Source of the DNA: Lingula anatina
Lineage: Eukaryota > Animalia > Brachiopoda
Assembly (NCBI GenBank): GCA_051362555.1
Contig: CM120641.1
Location: forward strand, 12,896,001 to 12,960,000
DNA length: 64,000 bases
Direction: 5' to 3'
Part shown: positions 54,236 to 64,000 of the stretch, in pieces
Layout of the letters: the number at the start of each line of letters is the position of its first letter
Numbering within the stretch: position 1 is the first letter of the stretch
Translations under genes and position numbers: made by a program
The notes under the pieces: generated by a model
The model's input: only the letters and a program-made list of their open reading frames with translations
What the model was told of the DNA's origin: nothing
Databases searched by the model: none

Positions 54236-56679
54236 TACTGATCTTCAGGTTTTAAACCATCGTCTTAACTCCACCACCGTCTTCCACCACACCCTTCACT
54301 CCTGGTGTTTTAGTAACAAAGCGTCGAAGCCTAACCTACTTCACCTGTCTTAAGTGAGGGTTTAATAATTTGAAGACCTATTGACGATAGCCCCTTTCAC
54401 CCACCATGCAGTGCACGGAAGTGGTATATCGTGTTCATGTTGGCTACTTGAGTAAACGTGACAGTATCAGGAGACAGTGAAATGCAATAAGCTCAAGGAC
54501 AAGGTGTCGAATTTACTCTGGTTTACATTTCTCTTTAGAAGGCCACTGCCCATTGTCCGTGCAACCCGCCTTTGTGACCAGCCCTGTTATTATAAGCTTG
54601 GACTTGGTGGCACGGTGGATTTTTTCTATTAAAATCTTCCAAAGTGTATTTATTTACATAGTTAACACCGTCTTGTTCACCTGTGGTTGCCAAAGACTGA
54701 CCACTGCCCTGCGATATACAAATATCCATATGCAGCTACTAGGGTAGTCTAATCAGGCCAAATAATGAACACTGTAGCTAATTTATTAAACACGGTTTTA
54801 ATAAAGCATGTGTCCAATTCAGCCCTTTGCAAATGACATAACCTTTTGTCAATAAATCTTAATCAAGCCGGGTGACCTGTTTCCTTAGTATGTTATTGTT
54901 GAGAACATGTGGTTCAGAAGGCGTGTTACAATGTATGTATAGGCGACATCATAACAATGAAGGTCATCCGGAAGGTACAGTATAGTTTAACTGTGGCAAA
55001 AAAAAAAATGAAATTAAATGTAAACGTTATTAGACAGAATAACATCAATTGTGCTAGGTTGATGGCGTGAAATGCTAGAAATTAGTGAAGATCAGGGTGT
55101 TCATGTAATATCATCAGACAAAAATCTATACTGAAAATCAAGTTTGATGTGTAATACATCACTTGTCACATAGATGTAAGATTAGCAATTTTCTGAGTGG
55201 CTTGATAGTTAATCTTAACAATTCTGTTATTATTTTGATGTTTTTGGGATGGGTGGAGGTTGTTGGTAGGAACTAGAAAGTATACCAGGGTGACCACAAA
55301 AATAACGCAAATATCGAAGTTATATCTTATACTTTTCCATTATTTACCCTACGATTAAATGTTCTCGTAGGTGCTTTTTTAAGTTTCTGGGGAGGTGCAA
55401 ATGCGTTTTTCATATTTCTTTTATATTTATATTTTCGCAATGAACAGCTTTCGTTTTTTAATGGTGTTGAAACGCACGTGTATTTCCTACCATAAATGGA
55501 AAATAGGGTTAACTGATTTTTCGTTACAAACACGTCTTTTACCCTCTCCATTTTAGGCATGGCTAAACTAGCATACTTTTATCAAAAACCTAAAGATTAT
55601 TCATGTTTTTTAAATCTGTGGAATTCGTGAATTATATATTCTCTGAGTTAAATTCTAGACACTTTTAACACAATGAAATTGACATACTTTGGATCCCGCT
55701 TCGCCGATTCAGCTGAAATGACTTAACATAAACTCGTTGTATGAAAAGAGATTTTTCCTATCAGTTCATTGACATTTGTTGCGATTCAGCTAAGCTGCAC
55801 CGCAATCGCAATATATTGGCACCATGGTTTTCCTTGATGGAAAGCTACAGCTCAGACATGGAGCAAAGCCGATACTGTGAGACTGCAATCCGCAAATCCC
55901 TTGCTCAACTTCAGAGCAAAGACATCTGCCTGTTCTCAAATTCCTGTTAGAAATATCGTATCTGTTGCAAAAAATTACAGCAGCAAAGAGTTCCAAATAG
56001 TCGGCCTACTCTGTGCGGAATGTTATACACACGTGTGGCGAGATGTTTAGGAATAGGGTTAACTGCAGATGAGCACCAAAGCTTACAGCGACCTTTTCTG
56101 TTTGATAAAGCTGTTCACTATTCTCATTTGGGGAGCTTCTTGATTTGATCCCTGTCTGAGCTTAGTTAAGTACGATTTAGAATCTCCTAATAAGTGTGAA
56201 GAATGGCCCTCTACCAGGGTCACATATGTGTCTCTGTCTTATTAATGACACAATGTCTCTGCTGTCGCGATACAGACAACTGCACATAATAACTAATCTG
56301 CTGCCCTGGTAGAGGATAAGAAAGAATAGTTGTTATGAGATTGACTTGCTCTACAGCGTTGATATTTTCCCTTGGCAGTAACTGTAAATGTCTAGTTTTG
56401 CAAACCTCAAATAAAGAATAAAATGATGACACTACAACTTTTCAGTGTTTGAGTCATTTTTGCGAAGATTAGAAGATAGAGCTGGAAAGATGGATATACA
56501 CACAGCTGAGAACTACGTTAGGAAGTAGAAAAAAATCCACAGTAGAAATAATGGCACTCCGTTAAGATATTGATTTATAAATATTGAACTCTTAACAATC
56601 TATTATGCGCCAGGAAGTGTTCATCAAATTTCCTAATCACCTGGTCTAATAATTGATGCCTTCTTTAAAGGGATAACAG

Positions 56680-56978
56680 CTCTTCATTTTGGCGGGAAAA
56701 GTGACATAAAACAGAATTTCCTGTGGTAAACAAGGATGTTCCCATACTTACCAATAATTAATGAATCCGTTCGAACTTTAAAAGTTAGTCGATTGTTTTT
56801 TTAAGAGTGTTTTGTAATATTCTCTTAAGAAATTATTAAGGAGGGTAGCCATCTATGAAGGTCCAAGTGGTCCGATGGCAAGCACCGATTTCAAAATAAT
56901 CGCGATAACCGCCGTTTTAAAGGTAAAATAGAACTTATTAAATTTCCATGTGTTTTTTTTTACAACGTATTTATTGTG
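56680..56978 (-). repeat. Dispersed repeat family 2, copy 3 (inverted, diverged)
   Basis: Reverse complement aligns with 40930-41215 (e.g. ttcccatacttaccaat..ttaatgaatcc; tctcttaaga; tagccatc; ccgtttt; tttattgtg). Confidence 0.7.
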
Positions 56979-59900
56979 GGATTTTGAACATCATATGAAC
57001 AGTTGTTGTCTCTTTAATGTTACATCATGCTTTCAGCCTGGTTCAAGATCGATCCAAAACAGACTTCTCAATTTTGATGTCCTGTATACATAGAATGTCT
57101 ATACATTAGTCGCCCCAGCAATCTGAACTAGTGATTTGCATGGGAATGGAACTTTTTTTCAATCCAAGCAGCTTCAATAAATGCATTGGAATGGTTCGCA
57201 TGAACTGTAATGAAGTGAGGTTAATTAACTCTCATGGCTGATATCGAATTGTGGAAGATAGATGGCATGGCTCGGTTTCATAGAAAGCATCATAGACTAA
57301 ATGCATCTGGATGTCTAATTAAATTCTGCATTTTTTTTTGGGGGGGGGGAGGTGGATCCATAAAAAACAATAATATCGCATTGAAATTTCGCTTTAAAAT
57401 ACTAATGGTTTTAGCAGTTAATAGTGGCCTCAATGTCGTGATTTAATATGCCGTATTCCATCATTCCAATGCACTTGATGGCCACGTTTATGATTACATA
57501 TTGTTTATTTATTTATTTTTTAGATTAGTTCTAGAGAAAGTTGATTTCGAGTACCAAGGTAAATTTTAGAAAAGGTCGATTTTTTTATCCAACATTTGAC
57601 AGATAAAAACACTACGGCTAATGCGACACGTCGGGTATTGGTATGCCTCCCTGTCCTGCCATCGAATCTTATCACCTCGAATGGATAAAAATTCTGAATT
57701 GCCGCCTTTGATTACACAGTCTTCCTCTTCACTCCTATCTGTAGATCGTTTTGTTAGTATACAGTTTATAAGGCTGTTTCCTCTTGGGCTTACGCACATC
57801 ACGAACGTACAGTAAACACACAGAAAGTGGAGTTCGGTCAGTCTAACTTAATGAGCGCATTTATTACGTTAAAGTATTATATTTTACAGATGTGATCAAT
57901 TGTGGCTTGATGTTGTATTCACGCCATATTTTTTGCATAAGTGTACTGTTGCTGTCTATCTGCTTTGAATAAATGCGTTAAAAAAAATGAAAAGTCAGGG
58001 CTAATATGTGTTTTTCGTGCGCATGGAACATACACAAAAGCGATCGGACATCCAAGTCAGTTGGTGTCGTTATAATTCAGGGTTACTTTATTGAACCCCT
58101 ATTGTGATTGAATACAATGTTTTTGCAGAATACACCCAGCGGTGTCCGTAGAAGAAAAGAGATGGAAACACTAACGCATTTCCTACCCATCAGGGAATTT
58201 GCATGTTTTATAATAACATTTTTGCATAGCAGTTTTAAATGCTATTTGACATAGGCTAATATTGCGGGGATCAAATTTTGTGCTAACCCTGTATATTAAG
58301 AGGCAAAAGTGATGAAGGAGTTTATAATCGTCTTAACGATGATGGAATGATGGAAAGACCAGCAACGAGGACACGACGTAACGAACTTCCCTCCAGGGAG
58401 ATTCTTGACATGTGACATGCACTCAACAAAGGAGGGGTTATTGATTACGTTGTCAGAACAGTTTATGTTTTATCGATTAATTTTTTTAATATATCATCAT
58501 ATAAACATTGCCCGTCTTAATTAACCAGAAAACTCTAAGCTCCCCCTATATAACCATTATGTAACTACCACTCACATCACTACGCGCTGTCACAACGTCG
58601 CTAGGTGTATGGAATTAAGTTTTCCATATCTTGTCCTGTGAACCAGACACAGGATGCTATTTGGAGAGTGTTGGTTTGTTGTCCATTTTGATAAACATTA
58701 AGCAAAAGGTCAATTGGCATTTGATTACCAGAAACACGCCGAATATTCGTATATGTATGTAGTACCGTTTTATAGTTGCCAATTCTACTACCCGCTGATT
58801 GAAGGAAAAATACAATATGATGGCGTCAAATAAGGTTTTGCTCTTTATCCGCAAACAATCTTTTGAGAAAATTAAAAGATCGGTGTGCAATGTTTGACTT
58901 GATGAAATTGTGGATGGGTGGGGGGAGGGCAAAATTATGCTTTAGGGATAGATTCTGCATGATTAAATTCTAAGTAAATCGTTCATGTGTATTGGCTGTG
59001 TCAGTATCAAATATATCGGTGATGATTCCTAATGAAAAAAAAAACGCCTTTCTTCCCAGTGTGAGGTGGTCAACAATAGGTCATGCAGCCTATTTTAATC
59101 TAGAAATATGTTTGATAAGAATGCTTTGTCTGCTTTATCATGTCAGTTACTAGTTTTTTCTTTTGTTGCTGGCATATCAAACCATAAACTAATAATTTTA
59201 TTTAGAAGAAAGTACTTTGCTGTCTGAAGGAATGTGTGTGTGTGTGTGTGTGTGTGGTCGCGCGCTTATGTGTACTTGTAGATGTTTTTTAAGAGCAACT
59301 TAAACACGTTTCATGAGTTATATAACATAAGATGATTGAATATATTTCATATCTTAGATAACAGCGTTCGGTCTGTTCATTTGATTTGAACCCAAAAATG
59401 GTTTTATGATTAGTCTTATAGTATTTATAATAGACGAAAAGTTTTGTGCTGTAACTCATCTAGTCTTCTGGGCGATATAGATTTGTCAGACTTACATTAA
59501 AATAATTTTACATTTAGCTATATTTGTTTTATCTCACTTGACATTAATTAATGCATCAACGTCAATTCGGTTAATTATTTACTGTTACGCATAAAAAAAA
59601 AATCAGTGTTTTGTATGATGCATGTCAATACGAGGTAATGTCGACATTTGTGGATAAAAAATCAATGTAGCCAGCCTGTTTTGCTCTGAAAGAAAACACA
59701 TTTAATGCATCACTGTGTTAAGAGCTGCAGTTCAAACGATGCACAAGGCGTCCAGTTTTGTAAAAAGCATTTAATAATATTTTTAGTTTAGCACAACAGC
59801 TATGGACGAAGGGCATGTTCAACACGTGTGATTCTTGTCGAATATCGTCGAAAATTTATAAGGAACACATGGATTCAAAACTTCCACAAAGTCACATGTC

Positions 59901-60962
59901 AACCGATCTCCATTTTACAGTTTAATTTTCCCACCAATACCTACTGACGTCCTGCCGTTAGCAATATGAAGAAACAGAACGTTCCGTGTGTTTTATTTTT
60001 ATTGTGTGTTTATTGTTTTCTGTGCTTACAGACAATCAATATGAAGATTATCACCCGTTCCTGTGAAATCAGTATTTGGAAAATCACATTCTAATGAGGA
60101 TGGTGACTACTGTCAACTGATTTTTGTTATTAATCGTGTTTTTTGAGCAAGAACGAATCTGACATTTTATGTAATAGACAGTAACGACAAGTGATACTTG
60201 CCGGTCATAAAAAAAGATGATCATTACAATATTTTTACATTACCCATGTTTTTCTGGGCCATTTTCTTTAAACATATATTCACACACACATACACACTAC
60301 CATTCCAACATTTTTAAATCGGTACAATCACTGTCGCGTATTATTCCGAATTAAAATGGTAGGAGGTAGGTTTGTATTTTCAATGAATTTTCCATAAGGG
60401 AAACTCCGTACTTTGACAAACAGCCGTTGTCACTGAACAGTAGTGCTTTCGCCTAGTTCGCAGTGCAGAGCACAGCAGACAGCGGGGAGCATACCCCGGC
60501 ATATGATATAGCTACACGATCCATCATTTACTCCATTGCCCGTTTTAATGACTCGTGCCCGAGATTAATGGACATTGAGGTGTATTATAATTCCAAAGGT
60601 GAACGTTGGCGCAAGGTTGATCTCCTATTCTTTCAATCCATAGATACTGAAGAAGAATACCACCGAAAAAAGTTATGCGTGAAAACAGCCTCTTAACATC
60701 TCTCTGCTTGGGTGTGGAATTGCACTGATATGCATGTACGCATGTACATCAGAATGTCTACAAGGTCATTTAGTGTTACGGAGAATTAGTATCATGCACG
60801 CATTTTATACTAATGCACATTTGCTTACAGTAATATAGGCGAACTTGCTCTCATGTACGTGTGGGAATTAGAGACAAATAAAATGCATTTCAGTAATGGG
60901 GTGCTATGATTCCTGTTGTCGGTGATTTCTGGCCTCTCGTTTGTTTAAAAAATCACACGTTT

Positions 60963-60963
<1 letters not shown>

Positions 60964-61008
<45 letters not shown>
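60964..61008. repeat. (AG)n microsatellite
   Basis: Directly visible pure run. Confidence 0.95.
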
Positions 61009-61010
<2 letters not shown>

Positions 61011-62167
61011 ACGGTTAATTAGCACACTCAGCAGTCAAAGCGTGAAAATCAAGATAAAAAAGTAATCGAAAATTCATATTCAGTTGAAAAATCGAGAAGT
61101 ATGAAAAATAGACACTATATACCATGATATTAGATTTTTTGTCTTAGAAAAAGTAATCGAAAATTCATATTCAGTATGAAATTAAGGGACGCACATGTCT
61201 GTCATTATCAAATTGCTTCAGCTAAAAATTGTTCCTCATGGCTTACTTTGATCTTATATCTGCAATTAAATTATTTCAGCGCTCACAATTGTCGACCATT
61301 TTCCACACCGAAGGATTGAAACAGAATGAAATTGAAATCTGGTCTGTCATAAGACCACTTCAGAGTTTATCTCGCCGACAAGGCGACACTCGGCACAGTG
61401 TACTTGCTATATCTGCCATTTCGCATCTGTGAGCTCTTAACTCGCTAATGTGGTGATCGAACGGTTACAAGTTAACAATATGCAAAAACGAATTACACAC
61501 GTGCAGATGATACAACGCAGATTAGAAACAAATTTGTGTGGTAGGTTAACGTAATGAAAATGATAACCCAATACCCGCACAAATATGGCCGAAATATATA
61601 AATATATATATTTTTTCTTTCAAACTCTACTCCTGAGTGGAAGATGCCATCCATTAGTATAATCAATACACCTGACTGATCAAATTATGGAAAACGCGAC
61701 GATTGATGATCGATACGCTGTGCAGCGTCCCGGGTCGCTGAAATGCACCCCGACATTCGCCTGCAGTAGCTGTGCACTCACTGCTGGCAAGACCTGCAGA
61801 CTGGAGCTAGAACTTACAGGCTATGCGCAGTTTCGTTTTCCCTGCAGGCAACCCGTTCCGGGTGGGGTCCACTGGCTTACACTATATATCATGTACAATG
61901 AAGTAAAAGCCTTTCTTCAGCCTTGCAGTACATGATGGACTCACGTTGGGAGCAATAATATGATGCTGCACGCTTGTGGCTAGCAGTCTGGCAAGAACTC
62001 CACCTGCACAATGATATGAATGCAGTGACATCAAGTAATTAGCTCGAGAGGTACATCTACAAGAGGAAAGAACAGCAGAGAGATCGCGTGGCGAATCTGA
62101 ACATTGCGTCTTTCATTTCCAGGAAAAAAAGTGACTAAGCTAACAGGTATACGATAATCGGCTCACA

Positions 62168-63778
62168 ATGCCAGAGTTGGGACTTATAGTGCGTGTGTAT
62201 AGGCTCTCGAATTTTTTCAAGTCTGCCTGCGTTATATTGGTGCTGAGTATGGTGATGTTTTTAGTTGGAATGTCAACGCCTTATTGGGTGACAATTGGAC
62301 TGCAGAAGAGCAGCGGCCTTTGGCAACACTGTGGAAGCGACAGTGACTGCGAGATACTCCATAATCCACCAAGTAAGCATGATGTATTATATTTATCATT
62401 GTACATTATGTGAATGAATAACTTTATCCGAGAATGCAAGCAGCACGGTATTCATTCATTAGAGATATATAGATATATTGGTCCTAAAGATTTCTTTTCT
62501 AAGAATATAGTGTTCAAGATTTGGGTTTCTACCTACTACAGTGAACAACATTCCGTTTTGTCTAGCTATTCTAGTTCTTGTGTTTACATGTACATCTTTT
62601 ATTTTCCATCATAAAAAGAATAATAATCGAAAGTAAGCTGTCCAAAGCCTCCAATTTAACATTTTTTCGCTATAAGTGTGAGGGTTCTCGTCTGTTACAT
62701 GTAACATTATATCACCTCCCCCCAAATAAATGGAAAGAGAAGAAGAATCTCTTGCGCCCTATCAATTTGGTCATCTCTGAAAACACATGTTGCTGTACAT
62801 ATGTTCACCTTCTTAACATGATTAAGTTATTGTTGCTATATTTGCTATAACAAATGCTAAGTAATTTTTCAAGGGAATCTCTGCCCCATCTAGGTAAAGC
62901 AACGTTTACCAGCCATATATCACTTCAGCCACCCAACCAAACGTATTCTGTATAGCATATACGTTTAGTGCTCATTCAATTATTAATCCACTCGGTCTCA
63001 TACACGATGCATATATCACAAACTTGGCTTATTAGGTGATTTCTGGTGTTCTATATAGCAGGCTGATGAGAATATTCCGCGGATGATTAGATAAAGACTT
63101 ATTGCTCCAATAGAACATCATACGATGAGCCAATTAATAATGTACCTTGAAAGTAAAGATCGGGTTAGTTATCAGATTCCACCTTTTTTGCACATTTATC
63201 ATTCTGTATTCTATTCATATCTAAAAGCCTGATCATATAAATTACCAGAGGAATGTCTGAACAAAAGTGAAGAACAAATTAACAGGTCTTAACATTCAGC
63301 AAAGTGCACTCAAGAGTGGGCGGTATATTGGAATGGGTTTGGGGGGAGGGGGGTAGGAAGAAGGGGGTTAGGGCAGAAAAGACAGTCATGGTGTATACCG
63401 GTGGTTAAATGCACTATTTTCAGTGGTGGATTGACAGGTCCAGATGACGGTGCTTATCTTTTGATAAAACTATACGCTAGGGGTAGATATTAAATTCTTT
63501 GCCAACATCTGAGTAATACGGATGGAAGGTTTTCTGACTTCAGAAACCGTAATTCATTGACGACTGAATGCAAAGGAACTACCTCTATCAATGCTTGACA
63601 TCAATTTTTTTACTGTTTTTCTTTATTTCAGAACCGTTGCATGCCTGTCAGGCATTAGAAATAATATCCCTATTGATGTACATGGGCTTGATTATATTAG
63701 CTCTCCTGTATATGCTCCACTCCGCCTTTGAGAAGTCTACGGTGATATTAGCGACCATAGTATTAAGCTTCACTTCAG
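62168..63778 (+). CDS. Claudin/PMP22/EMP-like tetraspan membrane protein, partial (exons 62168-62372, 63632-63778; continues beyond the window)
   Basis: TM1 (SACVILVLSMVMFLVGMST) then the W..GLW..C..C signature (PYWV..SSGLWQHCGSDSDC), then ACQALEIISLL TM2 and TM3. Phase-1 GT-AG junctions are consistent. Confidence 0.85.
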
Positions 63779-64000
63779 GTAACTATGAATTTTATACCTT
63801 AGATTAAAAAAATCATTAGTACATGTACTGCAGAAATCGGTAAATCTCAGTGTATATGTTACATATTATGTATATTCCTCGCACACTCAGGCACGCGCTC
63901 TATGGCACACAAACACGTGAGCGCTCAAAGTAGGTACAAAAAATACCTGTATCGATGCAAGTGACCCTGAGTCTCATAATTATTTGAAACTATCCTTCAC

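Noticed and set aside
55284-55320. CAGGGTG.. sequence resembling a Tc1/mariner left end
   Set aside because: No matching inverted right end or transposase remnant found by eye.
61057-61175. 28-bp direct repeat (aaaaagtaatcgaaaattcatattcagt) with a ~60-bp spacer
   Set aside because: Only two units in eukaryotic DNA with no cas genes; a simple local duplication, not CRISPR.
60463-61935. Short ORFs upstream of the claudin-like gene
   Set aside because: No homology or motif; more likely promoter, 5'UTR or intron sequence.

Overview
AT-rich, intron-rich animal genomic DNA; the protein sequences and a mosaic CpG pattern suggest a lophotrochozoan invertebrate such as a mollusc, which is an inference. 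It is not prokaryotic, so most short ORFs in the six-frame track are noise. I reconstructed seven protein-coding genes by hand from GT-AG junctions with consistent exon phases, and they alternate strictly in strand: Numb (+, 3674-17561), SPATA17 (-, 21425-24860), C2orf73/CIMIP6-like (+, 25189-27563), two head-to-head paralogous BTB/C2H2 zinc-finger genes (-, 29723-40345; +, 42809-46915), a GT7 beta-1,4-Gal/GalNAc transferase (-, 47573-54235) and the 5' part of a claudin/PMP22-like tetraspan gene (+, from 62168). Introns carry several MITE-like palindromic elements and a deleted Tc1/mariner element. The most notable observation is a tandem pair of homologous, same-phase exons in the Numb PTB domain (9347-9424 and 9803-9952) that look mutually exclusive. 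The second exon adds a polybasic [10 protein letters not shown] motif at the same position as the vertebrate PTBi insert, suggesting a convergently evolved isoform switch.
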